Below, one piece after another: positions 11,673 through 24,894 of a stretch of DNA of 64,000 nucleotides; position 1 is the stretch's first letter; each line of letters starts with the position of its first letter. This DNA is from Chiloscyllium plagiosum (Eukaryota). The position numbers and the translations under genes are program-made. Where the stretch lies: assembly GCF_004010195.1 (NCBI RefSeq), contig NC_057749.1:24884979-24948978 (forward strand). The letters run 5' to 3'. The notes beneath the pieces were generated by a model. The model did not search any database. It worked only from the letters and a program-made list of their open reading frames with translations, and was not told the origin of the DNA.

Positions 11673-13011
11673 AACAAGTTTCATGTGAGTAGATAAACAG
11701 TAAAATTTATTACATAGTAAATAGCTATTTACATAGCATCTGAGGTACATGGTGGTCTCTTTGTGAGTCTATCCAGCTCAACTTAAATACACCTTATTGA
11801 GAGCGACATTGTTCTTTGCAGCTCGTACAGTAATACTGGGACAGCAACTTGTTAATGTTGAAAGGAAGGTGCTGGAAAAGTACAGCAGATCAGGAGTGTC
11901 CAATGAGCAGGAGAATCAACATTTCTGGCATAAGATCTTCATCAGGAATGTGAAGGGGGAAGGTGGTTGAGAGCATTATTGTAGCCCGTATGACAAGTTG
12001 GAACATGCTGGAGAAAACTGAGTGGGTTATGATATTTACCAGGCATTTGATTCATGTGATTGTGCGGATTGAGCTACAGATTTTGCGAGGGGCTGGATGA
12101 ACATGGTGCTCTTTAAAACTTAACCAACAGTAAGAGCTACAGAATGAACGTCTGAACTCCTTCAAGCGCACCATCTGGGGCAAAGCTAGCGGGGTTCACT
12201 TGAGTGGCTGCTTCATAATGCAGAGAGATGCCAACGCTAGGGGTTCCCCTCCCGCATGACCCATTAACCTCCATGAGAAAAGGGTCAGTCTGTGCAATAG
12301 CTTCCTCTGGGCAGACAGTGGAGGCACATGATCCATGAAACACAAATAGGATTCATTTTACCTCATGCAATCCTGTCTTGGGGTTTACAATCTGAGTAAC
12401 ATGGTGCTCTGGAACCTGCTGACACAAGTCTCTATCACAAGATCAAACATCTCTCTCTGTTCCCTTCACACAGTCTGCTGAGAACTGTTAGGCCGATGCC
12501 CAAATGAGGTAACGCGCTGATGGAGTCCGAAGGCTCATTGCTGAGAATTCCATTCAGCTCCTTGAGCTATCAAGCCACTAGTGTCGTGTTGATACACAAT
12601 ACAGAGTCACATGATGCCAGCCAAGAGGCAGACAAATTTAGTTCCATTAGACAATCCCTTCCTTACATGGGGGTGTAATGCTCAGAGCAGTTCTATATCA
12701 GGTACATTCCAACATGAGAAGTGGCCGTGTGACTCGTACATTATACTCAAGTCTGGGGAAGCCAAGTGGTGTGGCCTGTGAAGCTAAATTCCATTGTTCT
12801 GAGCTTGCACCACCTGCAGTATAAAACTCCGCCTTTCAATGCCATGAGTTTAAAATGTTAAATTTCCCTATTGCTCAATCTCTACTCGCACCAAATGTTC
12901 CTGATGCAATGAACAATGCTCTGCATTCAAGAACTGATGGGTGCACTCATTTCTCCACTGCTCATCAGACTGAAGTTAATCTTTAATTAGGGGATATTCT
13001 CTGGTTATTTC

Positions 13012-13227
13012 ACGCACACACACACACACCACATAAACACACGAACGCACACACACATACAAACACTCATGCACACACACACACACTGGATTGGGTTGAG
13101 AAACAAACACTCATGCACGCACGCACACACACGCACGCACACGCACACAAGCACACGTACACAAATACTCATGCACGCACACATATACAAACATTCACAC
13201 AAGCACACACACACACCCACACACACG
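13012..13227. repeat. Degenerate (CA)n microsatellite
   Basis: cacacac/cacgcac runs. Confidence 0.9.
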
Positions 13228-13267
13228 CTTGGAGACAGCAGATATTTTAGTAAAACACTTTGCAAGT

Positions 13268-16165
13268 ATAGAGTCATAGAGTCAGAGATATACAGCATGG
13301 AAACAGACCCTTCCATGCCGACCAGATATCCCAATCCAATCTAATCCCACCTGCCAGCATCCTGCCCCTATCCCTCCAAACCCTTCCTATTCAGATACCC
13401 ATCCAGACGCCTTTTAAATGTTGCAATTATACCAGCCTCTACCACTTCCTCAGGCAACTCATTCCACACACGCACAACCCTCTGCATGAAAAAGTTGCCC
13501 CTTAGGTCTCCTTTATATCGTTCCCCTCTCATCCTAAACCTATGCCCTCTAGTTCTGGACTCCCGCATCCCAGAGAAGAGACTTTGTTTATTTACCCCAT
13601 CTATGCTCCTCATGATTTTATAAACCTCTATAAGGTCACCACTCAGCCTCCAATGCTCCAGGGAAAACAGCCCCAGCCTATTCAGCCTCTCCCTATAGCT
13701 CAAATCCTCCAACCCTGGCAACATCCTTATAATCTTTTCTGAAGCCTTTCACATTTCACAACATCTTTCCAATTGCACACAATATTCCAACAGTGGCCTA
13801 ACCAATGTCCTGTACAGCTGGAACATGACCTCTCAACTCCTGTACTCAATACTCTGACCAATAAAGGAAAGCATACCAAACGCCTTCTTCACTATCCTAT
13901 CGACCTGCGACTCCACTTTCAAGGAGCTATGAACCTGCACTCCAAGGTCTCTTTGTTCAGCAACACTCCCTAGGACCTTATCATTAAGTGTATAAGTCCT
14001 GCTAAGATTTGCTTTCCCAAAATGCAGCACCTTGTATTTATCTAAATTAAACTCCATCTGCCATTTCTCAGTCCATTGGCCCATCTGGTCAAGATCCTGT
14101 TGTAATCTGAGGTAACCTTCGCTGTCCACTACACCTCCAATTTTGGTATCATCTGCAAACTTACTAACTGTTATGCTCACATCCAAATCATTGATATAAA
14201 TGATGAAAAGTAGTGGACCCAGCACTGATCCTTGTGGCACTCCACTGATCACAGGCCTCCAGTCTGAAAAACAACCCTCCACCACCACCCTCTGTCTTCC
14301 ACCTTTGAGCCAGTTCTGTATCCACATGGCTAGTTCTCCCTGTATTCCATGAGATCTAACCTTGCTAACCACTCTCCCATGGGGGACCTTGTTGAACAGC
14401 TTACTGAAGTCCATATAGATCACATCTACCGCTCTGCCCTCATCAATTCTCATTGTTACTTTTTCAAAAAACTCAAGTTTGTGAGATCATTTCCCACCCA
14501 CAAAGCCATGTTGACTATCCCTAATCAGTCCTTGCCTTTCCAAATACATGTACATCCTGTCCCTCAGGATTCCCTCCAGAAATTTGCCCACCACCGAGGT
14601 CAGGCTCACTGGCCTATAGTTCCCTGGCTTGCCTTTACCACCCTTCTTAAACAGTAGCACCACGTTTGCCAACCTCCAGTCTTCCGGCACCTCACCTGTG
14701 ACTATCGATGATACAAATTTCTCAACAAGAGGCCCAACAATCACTTCCCTAGCTTCCCACAGAGTTCGAGGGTATCCCTGATCAGGTCCTGGGGATTTAT
14801 CTACTTTTATGCGTTTCAAGACAACTAGCACTTCCTCCTTATAATATGGACGTTAATCAACCTGGCACCATCTATTTCCCTACATTTTATATCTTCCATG
14901 TCCTTTTCCACAGTAAACACTGATTGAAAATACTCGTTTAGTACCTCACCCTTATCCTGAAGCTCCACACAAAAGGTCGCCTTGCTGATCTTTGACGGGA
15001 CCTATTTTCTCCCTAGTTACCCTTTTGTCCTTAATGCATTCGTAAAATCTCTTTGGATTCTCCTTAACCCTATTTACCAAAGCTATCTCATGTCCCCTTT
15101 TTGCCCTCCTGATTTCCCTCTTCAGTATACTCCTACTGCCTTTATACTCTTCTCAGGATTCACTCGATCTCTCCTGTCTATACCTGACATATGCTTCCTC
15201 GATCTCTCCTGTCTATACCTGACATATGCTTCCTTCCTTTTCTTATCCAAATCTGCAATTTCTCGAGTCATCCATCATTCCCTATACCTACCAGCCTTTC
15301 CTTTCACCCTAACAGGAATACACTGTCTGTGGACTCTCGTTATCTCATTTCTGAAGGCTTCCCATTTTCCAGCCGTCCCCTTACCTGCGAACATCTGCCC
15401 CCAAACAGCTTTCGAATGTTCTGGCCGAATACCGTCAAAATTAGCCTTCCTCCAATTTAGAACTTGCACTTTTAGATCTGGTCTATCCTTTTCCATCACT
15501 ATTTTAAAATTTATAGAATTATGGTCGCTGGCCCCAAAGTGCTCCCCCACTGACACCTCAGTCACCTGCCCTGCCTTATTTCCCAAGAGTAGGTCAAGTT
15601 TTGCACCTTCTCGAGGAGGTACATCCACATACTAAATCAGAAAATTTTCTTGTACATGCTTAACAAATTCCTCTCCATCTAAACCCTTAATACTATGGCA
15701 GTCCCAGTCTATGTTTGGAAAGTTAAAATCCCCTACCATAACCACTTTACTATTTTTACAGATAACCGAACTCTCCTTAAAAATTTGTTTCTCAATTTCC
15801 CTCTGACTATTGGGGGGTCTATAATACAATCCCAATAAGGTGACCTTCCCTTTCTTATTTCTCAGTTCCACCAAATAACTTCCCTGGATGTATTTCCGGG
15901 AATATCCTCCCTCAGCACAGCTGTAATACTATCCCTTATCAAAAATGCCTCTCCCCCTCCTCTCTTGCCTCCCTTTCTCTCCTTCCTGTAGCATTTGTAT
16001 CCTGGAACATTAAGCTGCCAGTCCTGTCCATTCCTGAACCATGTTTCTGTAATTGCTATGATATCCCATTCCTCACCATGTCCTGAGTTCATCTGCCTTC
16101 CCTGTTAGGTCTCTTGCATTGAAATAAATGCAGTTTAATTTATCAATCCTACCTTGTTCTCTGCT
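13268..16165 (-). mobile_element. CR1/HER1 LINE, decayed near-complete ORF2 (APE endonuclease + RT)
   Basis: DIIAITETW, GLYYRPPN, VGDFNFPNIDW, SDHNSI; KSPGPD, NYRPVSLTSV, YMDFSK.FNKVPH, GVPQGSVLGP, KFADDTK; frameshifts and deletions; (atagagtc)n tail. Confidence 0.95.
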
Positions 16166-16211
16166 TAGAATGTGATTTGAGCTACCTAAGGAGATATTAG
16201 CACTAAATGAT

Positions 16212-16543
16212 GCTTAGTGGTATTATCGCTGGACTGTTAATCGAAAGACCCAGGTAACGTTCCAGGAACCTGGGATCACAGCAGATGGTGGAATTTGAAT
16301 TCAATAAACACCTGGAATTAAGAGTCTTATGATGACCGTGAAACCATTGTCAAATGTCAGAAAAACCCATCTGGTTCACTACTGCCCTTTAGGGAAGGAA
16401 ACTGCCATCCTTACCTGGTCTGGCCTTCATGAGTCTCCAGACCCACAGCTATGTGACTGATACTTAACTGCCCCCTGGGCAATTAGGGATGGGCAATAAA
16501 TGCCAGCCTGATCAGTGATGCCCACATCCCATGAATGAATAAA
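16212..16543 (+). mobile_element. SINE family-2, near full length
   Basis: Family core ccatctggttcact..gggaaggaaactgccatccttacctgg; tail gcccacatcccatgaatgaataaa. Confidence 0.8.
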
Positions 16544-16769
16544 ACACAAGCCGGACCAAAAACTTTGTCAAAGACATAGGGATGAAGGATTTTTCTAAAG
16601 GAGGAAAGTGAAGGCAGAGAGACAGAAGGGAATCCCTGGTCGGTGAAGACATGGCTGCCAATGATGCAGCGATTACAACTGAAGATGCTCGAGGGGCCAG
16701 AATGTAAGATTTGGATGAAAATATAAGGAGGCCAAGATGGAATTTGGAATCAAGGATGGGAATGTTTCG

Positions 16770-17160
16770 AAGAATGAGGGGGAATCTTACAGAAACATAT
16801 CAAATTATGAAGGGAATAGATAAGATAGAAGTAGAGAGGATGTTTCCACTGGTGGGTGAAATTAGGACAAGATGAAACAGCCTCAAAATTAAGGGAACAG
16901 ATTTTGGACTGAATTGGGGAGGAATTTCATTACCCAGAGGGTTGTGAATTGATGGAATTCTGTGCCCAGCGAAGTGGTTGAGGGTTCCTCAGTGAATGTC
17001 CTAAGGTAGTTTTTGTGAACAATAGAGGAATTAAGGGTTATAGTGAGAGGGAGGGTAAGTGCAGCTGAGGCTATGAAAAGATCAGCCATGATCCTATTGA
17101 ATGGCGGTGCAGGCTCAAAAGGACAGATGGCCAGCTCCTGCTCCTGGTTCTAATGTTCCT
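16770..17160 (+). mobile_element. CR1 3' fragment
   Basis: agaatgagggggaatcttacagaaacatat...acccagagggttgtgaatt. Confidence 0.8.
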
Positions 17161-17259
17161 GTGTAAAAAGACTTTGTTTAATAGGATTGGTGGGAGGATG
17201 GGTGGGGAGCCACTGCGATCAGTAGGTACAGGGCATCCCAACAGGAGCTAGGACACAGG

Positions 17260-17465
17260 TAGGAGAAAGTGAGGACTGCAGATGCTGGACATCAGAGCTG
17301 AAAACTGTGTTGCTGGAAAAGCGCAGCAGGTCAGGCAGCATCAAAGGAACAGGAGAATCGACGTTTCGGGCATAAGCCCATCTTCAGCTTATGCCTGAAA
17401 CGTCGATTCTCCTGTTCCTTTGATGCGGCCTGACCAGCTGCGCTTTTCTAGCAACACAATTTTTA
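17260..17465. mobile_element. PLE family-A fold-back unit
   Basis: Inverted arms; TSD agctaggacacagg at 17246-17259 and 17466-17479. Confidence 0.85.
17360..17387 (-). ncRNA. Minimal hammerhead ribozyme core (family A)
   Basis: CUGAAGA U GGGC-UUAU-GCCC GAAA CGUC. Confidence 0.55.
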
Positions 17466-17470
17466 AGCTA

Positions 17471-18059
17471 GGACACAGGGAGCACATGTAGGGGATGATA
17501 CACTCTGGGAACCAGGGACACAGGTAGCACATGTAGGGGATGATACACTCTGGGAACCAGGGACACAGGTAGCACATGTAGGGGATGATACACTCTGGGA
17601 ACCAGGGACACAGGTAGCACATGTAGGGGATGATACACTCTGGGAACCAGGGACACAGGTAGCACATGTAGGGGATGATACACTCTGGGAACCAGGGACA
17701 CAGGTAGCACATGTAGGGGATGATACACTCTGGGAACCAGGGACACAGGTAGCACATGTAGGGGATGATACACTCTGGGAACCAGGGACATAGGTAGCAC
17801 ATATAGGGGATGATACAACCTGGGAACCAGGGACACAGGTAGCACATGTAGGGGATGATACACTCTGGGAACCAGGGACATAGGTAGCACATGTAGGGGA
17901 TGATACACTCTGGGAACCAGGGACATAGGTAGCACATGTAGGGGATGATACAACCTGGGAACCAGGGACACAGGTAGCACATGTAGGGGATGATACACTC
18001 TGGGAACCAGGGACATAGGTAGCACATGTAGGGGATGATACACTGTGGGAACCTGGGAC
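17471..18059. repeat. 45-bp minisatellite, ~13 copies
   Basis: Unit ggacacaggtagcacatgtaggggatgatacactctgggaaccag, nearly identical copies. Confidence 0.97.
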
Positions 18060-18469
18060 TGTGTTGAAGTAGAGGGTGTAAAGTAAACAGTGTCTGTGAT
18101 TGGATGGATATGTGGTGAGGTGCTAACCTTTGTGATTCATTCATGGCTTTTCGTGAAGGAAATCTGCCATATTTTACTTGGTCTGGTCTCCATGTGACTC
18201 CAGACCCACAGACTGCTCTGTGCCCATAGGGCAATTAGGGCTCTGGCAATAAATGCCAGAGATGCCCACGAAATATGAAGCTTTTCGCAGGTCAAGTACA
18301 ACAACTAGGCTGTGATTCAGCCACAGAACGAGGGAAGCTGAGAATCAACAGCTAATCAATTGATTTCATTGAGGACAGAATGTAACAGTTCCTGTCTTGT
18401 TTTACCACATAAATGGAAGAACTTTCTGCTCCTCCAATACTTAATGTTGGACAAGGGTTGACAATTGGA

Positions 18470-18760
18470 ATCTTTTTCCCATGGTTAAAATGTTAACACT
18501 ATGGGGCATGCATTTAAGGTGAGAGTGGAAAGTTCAACAGAGATGTGAGGGGCGAGGATTTTACACAGAGAGTGGTAAGAGTCTGGACTGGTAGTGGGGG
18601 CAGATACAACAGGGGAGTCTAAGCACATGAACATGCAAGGAATGGAGGATACTGACCAAGGGCAGGCAGAAGGGATTAGTTTAAGTTGGCGTCATGTTCA
18701 GCATAACATTGAGGGCCAAAGGGCATTTTCCAGTGCTGTGCAGTTTGATGTTCTATGTTC
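18470..18760 (+). mobile_element. CR1 3' fragment
   Basis: tttaaggtgaga...ttttacacagagagtggt...ttctatgttct tail. Confidence 0.75.
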
Positions 18761-19689
18761 TAAAAACAACACATCGTAGGAAAAGTTGTACAGAACATCA
18801 GAACAAATAGTATTAAATATTTGCTTTAATCTTTCTTTTTAACCCCTCGCATTTGGCTTCACGTTGAATTTGAATCTGATGTCAGCCCTAATTGCATATT
18901 TGTTATTGGTATGTTCTGCCACGATACTTTAAGTTGTTTATTTTAGCGCATTGCATCTTTAAAACACAGTATGAAATTTGTCTGAAGACTATAATTTAAA
19001 AATTATGTACTTTTTCTTAATTTATGTGGATTTCAGAAAGCACTGCTTTGAATTGTTCCAATTATGCGGTCAGGGATTTTATTTTTAAATCAAAGAACAA
19101 GCCTTTGAAATATTTAATAGTGCTCCAATTCTGGACATAAAATTGCTTTAAATCGTATTTAATATTTCATCTGCTGAAGCTAAAGCTACAGCAGAGATTA
19201 AGATTGCACTGATATGGACGAACAGGTTCAATACATTTAAGAGCTGAGATTCTAATGGCTATGAGATCCCATAGCAAGAAACAGAGCAGGCATTGCCCAC
19301 CATTCACTGTTCCTTCTGTTCAGCTACAAAGTTAATTTTAACCTGTTCATTGATCAGCAATGCCTGTATTTCTTTAAAACCTGGAAAGTGGTCTGTAACC
19401 TGCTGTCTGAGATCTGAGTGTATTTTCTGGAGATCAGACAAATGAGGAGGGATCTCAGAGAATCCTGTGAAACTCAAACAGGACTAGACAGGGCAAATGC
19501 AGGAAAGACGTTCCCAATGACCAGGAAGCCCAGGACCAGGGGGTCACTGTTTCTGTGCATTTAGCTCCTGAAGCTTTCAGACTTGATTGGCCATTTTAAT
19601 AGCAACTACCTAACTAGTTTCCTTAGAAACGAAATGGTACCGAATGGCCCTTCAGCCCATTGAGTCTGTACCAGCCAAAGGACCTGAAC

Positions 19690-20247
19690 AGAATACCCAG
19701 TACATTTGGACCTGAACAGGATACTCAGTACAATCTCTGGGACACCCGCACCCACCAACCCCACCACCCGTTGTTGAACACTTCAACTCCCCTCCCACTC
19801 CGTCAAGGACATTCAGGTCCTGGGCCTCCTCCACTGCCAAACCGTTACCACCTGACACCTGGAGAAGGAACGCCTCATATTCCGCCTTGGGACCCTGCAA
19901 CCACACAGGATAAATTTGGATTTCAACAGCTTCCTCATTTCCCCTCCCCCCATATTATCCCAGGCCCAAGCCTCTAACTCGGCACTGCCCTCTGGACCTG
20001 TCCATCCTCTGACCTTTCACCTTCTCCCTCACCTTCATCCACCTATCGCTTTCCCAGCTACCTCCCCCCAACCCCACACCCCTCCCATTTATCTCTCAGC
20101 CCCCGACTCACAAGCCTCATTCCTGATGAAGGGCTTATGCCTAAAACATCTATTCTCCTGCTCCTCAGATGCTGCCTGACCTGCTGTGCTTTCCCAGCAC
20201 CACACTCTAGACTCTGACCTCCAGCACCTGCAGTCCCCACTTTCTCC
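19690..20247 (+). mobile_element. PLE 3' fragment: GIY-YIG C-terminus + pLTR + tail
   Basis: HFNSPSHS.KDIQVLGLLHCQ..E.ERLIFRLGTLQP; degenerate hammerhead near 20123; ends cagtccccactttctcc. Confidence 0.8.
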
Positions 20248-21004
20248 CTTCTATTCAAATCATTTCATTAACGTTGGACTGTGTGAGAGAGTATTGCAAC
20301 ATTTGGTGAAAGCCCTTAAAATGTTGCGGAAGTTTATATTTTGCCTGTTTCCTTTTTATATTTGTTGTTTTTTGAGCCACCAACATTGCCCGCTCCTCAG
20401 AAACAAGACTCGGGATTCAGAACGTGGCCTTCCTCGACAATTCCTGGGTTCAGGATGTGCTCAGGCCGTTAGAAAGGGTGAGAATGCGCGATAGCAGTGG
20501 GGATAGGAAGGAGGCCATTCAACCCCTCATACTTCAACTGCAGCCTGGCCTCCATCTTGATTGGTGACCTTTCAAACAAAAAATGTTCTGCCTCAGTTCT
20601 GAAAGCCTTCATGCTTCCACAAATGCAGTCCCTATTGGAAGGGGGGGGTTGTTCAGAGTTCTATTAACCCCTTGTGTTAAAGCAGATTCCCGATTTCATC
20701 CATGATTCCAATTTTAACTTCTCGGTTTTGTTCTTAGTTCCCAACCTAAAGCAAATGCTTAATCCTTTTGGCAGCCCCGTCAGATCATCCCTTGAACTTC
20801 CAGAGGCTTCACGTAATCCACATTCAATATCAAGTGGAGAGAATTGTGGCATCATTCAGACATGTTGAAATGCAAGAAACACAGCAGAATAGCAAGATCC
20901 CAACACAGCACTGAACTCAGCGGTAAAGCATTTATCATTCACAATGAGAGAAGTGATGATCAGGATACTGGGACGCGATTGTGGGGCATCTTAGTATAGT
21001 GAGC

Positions 21005-21660
21005 AAAGAACAAAGTACAGTACCGCAACAGGCCCTTCGGCCCACCTAGACTGCACTGACTCATGAGACCTTTCTAAACTAAAAAGCTTTTGTCTCTATG
21101 CAGCCCATATCCCTCTACTCCCTGCCTATTTATGTTTATGTTAAGATGTTGCTATTGTATCTGCTTCCACCACTTCCTCAGGCAGCAAATTCCAAGTACT
21201 TCTCACATTCTGTACAAAAAAAGCACTTGCCTCTGACATCTCGTTTAAACTTGCCCCTTTTTACCTTAAACCTATGTCCCCTTGTAATTTCTCTTCCCTG
21301 GATCTTTTCCCTGGGGTGGGAGAGTCCAGAGCCAGAGGGAATCAGTTTAGGGTGAGAGGAGAAATAATTAAAGAGGGTAACATTTTCACACAGAGGGTGG
21401 TGCGTGCATGGAATAAGCTGCCAGAGGAAGTGGTGGAGGCTGGTACAATTACAGCAGTTAAGAGGCATCTGGATGTGTATATAAATAGGAAAGGTTTAAT
21501 GGGGGTTGGGCCAAGTGCTGGCAAATGGGACTAGATATCTGTTCGGCATGGACAAGTTGGACCGAAGGGTCTGTTTCTGTGCTGTACATCTCTATGACTC
21601 TAATTAACATTTCTATCCTGGGAAAAAGACTCCACTATCCATTCTCTCCATGCCTCTTCC
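21005..21660. mobile_element. Minus-strand CR1 3' end with a nested plus-strand CR1 3' end (~21290-21600)
   Basis: Host resumes after the tail with a taatt duplication. Confidence 0.75.
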
Positions 21661-21686
21661 CTGGTAATCAGCACTTGGAGCCTCAG

Positions 21687-21721
<35 letters not shown>

Positions 21722-22074
21722 GCTATCTCTCTCTGGCCTCTGCTTAGTCAGTTAGCCCTGCTACTTGGCACTTTTAAATGACCATTTTTATTAAATACTT
21801 GTTTATTTAAATCATCCATTTAATGATTTGAAATCAGTTCACTTTCTGAAATTCAGCTTCCCTTTTGTTATAAACCCCTGTCTTTCCAAAATAGAACATG
21901 GGCCCCGTTTCCTAAAGGGAAGAAATGGAGATATGACCAGCCGTGCGTAAAGGCTTCACAATCCTGCTTTAAGTACGTCCTTTCTTTGCTCTGTTGACTT
22001 TATGTTGCCTCTTAGAAATATATAAATAATCGAAGACCACCCTCACGCCCCACCCCCAAAATCCTGCTCACTTC

Positions 22075-22412
22075 AGGTGGCACTGCGGCTCAGTGGTTAG
22101 CACTGCTGCCTCACAGCGCTAGGGACCTCGGTTAGATCCTAGCCTCGGGCCACTGTCTGTGTGGAGTTTGCACATTCTCCCTGTGTCTGTGTGGAATTCC
22201 CTGGTTTCCTCCCATGGACCAAAGATGTGCAGGTTAAGGTGGATTGTCCATGCTTAATTGTCCCATAGCATCCAGAGATGTGTAGGTTGGGTGGGTTAGC
22301 CATGGAAAATGTAGGGTTACAGGGTCAGGGTAGGGGGGGTGGGTCTGGGTGGGGCACTCTTTGGAGGGTCAGTGGGTTCAACGGCCTCTTTCTGGACCGT
22401 GGGGATCCTGTA
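22075..22412 (+). mobile_element. HE1-type V-SINE
   Basis: Head ggcactgcggctcagtggttagc, V-domain. Confidence 0.85.
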
Positions 22413-22544
22413 ATTACAAAATGGACAAGCAGTACATGGTTTCATTATGGACGTGCACACTGAAACCCCCTCAATTGATCGCATTGATGTGCAACTTCCC
22501 CACTGCCAAGATGATGACAATACAAGGGTAACTATTACAGCCAC

Positions 22545-24624
22545 TCAGAGACAGTACGGACCACAGATGCTGGAAGTCAGAGTCAATCGATGTGAAGCTG
22601 GAAAAGCTCAGCAGGTCAGACAGCATCTGAGGAGTGGGGAAGGCAACATTTCAGGCCAAAACCCTTCGTCTCGGCTGGGGAGGGGAGGGGTGTGGGGCTG
22701 GGGGAAGGGTAGGTGGGAGGGTGATAGCTGAAGGCAGGTGGGGGGTTCTTGTGACCTGCCAGTAAGGGTTGGGGTGTGGTGATAGTATGGCGTACTGACC
22801 TCTACATCGCTGAGGCAGATGCCAACTCTCTGACACTTCCTCCGACCATCCTCTGAACTCTGACCCCACCCCTGGTCACCAAGCCATCATCACCTTGGGA
22901 GATCGCCCGTCTACAGTCTCCCACCTGATAGTTTCCCAAACCCCCTCCGCCCATTTCCATCTCCTGCCCAAAGCCCAGAAACCCAACTGGCCTGGTCGAC
23001 CCACTGTCTCTACCTGCTCCTGCCTCACCGAGCTCATTCCCCCCCCCATCTCGACTCTGTTCTTTCCCCGTTGGACGGAACTTTCTACCTCCATTCAAAA
23101 CGCAACCCATGGCCTCCACCTCTTCCAGAACTTTCAATTCTCTGCCCCCCAAAACCTCATCCTCACCGTTGATGTACAGGCCCATTACACCTGTATCCCC
23201 CACATGGAGGGGCCGTAAAAGCCCTCTGCTTCTTCCTCTCCCATTGCCCCAACCAGGCCCCCTCCACTGACACTCTCATGCACTTGGCAGAACATAACCC
23301 TCACCCTGAGTAATTTTTCTTTTGATTCCTCCCACTTCCTACAAACCAAAGGGGTGGCCATGGGCACCTGCCTAGGTTTGAGCTATGCCCAGCCTCTTTG
23401 TAGGATTAGCGGAGCGGTCTCTTTTCTGTAACTACACCAGCACCGTCCCCCACCTCTTCCTCCGCTATATCGATCACTGCATCGGTGCTGCCTCACGCTC
23501 CCGTGAGGAGCTCAAGCAGCTCATTAACTTCACCAACACCTTCCAACCCACCCTCAAACTCACCTGGACCATTCCCGACATCTCCTTCTCCTTCCTGGAC
23601 CTCGCCATCTCTATCTCTGGAAACCGACTCACTCCTGACATCCATTTCAAACCCACCGACTCCAACAGCTACCTTGACTACACCTCCTCTCACCCACTCT
23701 CCTACAAAAATGTGATCCCAGACTCCCAATTCCTCTGCCTCCGCTGCAACTGCTCCTAGGATGAGACGTCCCACTCCAGAATATCCAGATATCCTCCTAC
23801 TTTAGGGACCGTAGCTTCCCCTGCTCAGTAATTAAGGATTTCCTCAATGATATCTCCTCCATCTCCTCCAGTTCTGTCCTCAAACCCCCTCCACCCAACA
23901 ACAATAAGGATAGAGTCTCCTTAGTCCTCACGTCCCACCCCATCAGTCTCCGAATCCAACACATCATCCTCCGACATTTCCGCCATCGACAATGAGACCC
24001 CACCACCAAAAAGATATTTCCTTCCCCACATCTGTCCACATTGTGCAGGGACCGTTCACTCCATGACTCCCTCGTCAGCTCTACAGTCCCCACTGGCTTC
24101 TCCACCACAACCAGTACCTTCCCCTGCAACTGCAAGAGGTGCTGCACCTGCCCCTTACACCTCCCCTCTCACCTCTGTCCAAGGCCCCGGACAATCCTTC
24201 CAGATCCAGTAGAGATTCACCTGCACGTCATCCAACCTCACCTCTTGTATCTGTTGCTCCCGATGGGGAGACTAAACGCAGGCTCAGGGACTGTTTTGTG
24301 GAGCATCTGCGCTCCGCAAGCACTAACCAACCCAACCTTCTGGTTGCATCCATTTTAATTCCCCCTCCCACTCCCCCTGATGATGTGCCCATCCTTGGCC
24401 TCCTCCACTGTCAGAGTGAGGCCAAACAGAAGCTGGGGGAACACCTCCTGATACTTCACTTGGGAAGCTTACAGCCCAAGGGCCTCAACATTGACTTCAC
24501 CAGCTTCACAATCCCTCCACCCCCCCAGTCCTGACAAAGGGTTTTCGGCCCGAAACGTTGGCCTTCCTGCTCCTTGGATGCTCTCTGACCTGCTGTGCTT
24601 TACCAGCCCTCACATCTATTGACC
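22545..24624 (+). mobile_element. Penelope-like retroelement (Neptune-like), decayed RT + GIY-YIG, with inverted 5' pLTR
   Basis: FHLLPK..KPNWPGRPTVS, DVQAHYTCIPH, QTKGVAMGT, FLRYIDH, FLDLAI, Cys linker CNCKRCCTC, GETKRRLRDCFVEH; 3' pLTR 24531-24624; inverted copy ~22545-22675. Confidence 0.9.
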
Positions 24625-24894
24625 GTAGCTATTACAACGTTCAGCCACTGAACTCTCAAATATCAAATCCCCAAAGTCACCGAGGTGCTTAACACTGGGA
24701 AAGAGCCAACTGACAGACGATACGAGCAAAAGCGTGAAAGCACCAAGCTGTTAATGAACCTTGAGGCAATAAACTCATACTGACATCAACACATCAGTCA
24801 GGATTAAAGTCTCAGCCTTAGATAAAGCAGTCGCTACCAATAAGTAGCTGTTACTTTTTATAAACCGCTGCTGACTCAGTGACGAATGGAATAG

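Noticed and set aside
12474..12508. Strong acceptor plus GT donor, 35-nt exon candidate
   Set aside because: Stops in all three frames; no other support
13005..13344. Cys/Val- and His/Thr-rich ORFs
   Set aside because: Translations of a CA microsatellite
14982..15635. 217-aa plus-strand ORF
   Set aside because: Antisense shadow of CR1 ORF2
17471..18059. CRISPR-like array
   Set aside because: Head-to-tail repeats with no unique spacers, no cas genes, vertebrate context
17389..18234. 281-aa and 191-aa repetitive Cys/Pro-rich ORFs
   Set aside because: By-product of a stop-free 45-bp minisatellite, flanked by SINE and PLE sequence
21005..21660. Head-to-head CR1 pair as a twin-priming product
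   Set aside because: The minus copy resumes after the plus copy, so this is simple nesting
21895..21972. 78-nt exon candidate (TWAPFPKGKKWRYDQPCVKASQSCF)
   Set aside because: Weak splice sites, no recognisable homology, phase incompatible with the 20401 candidate
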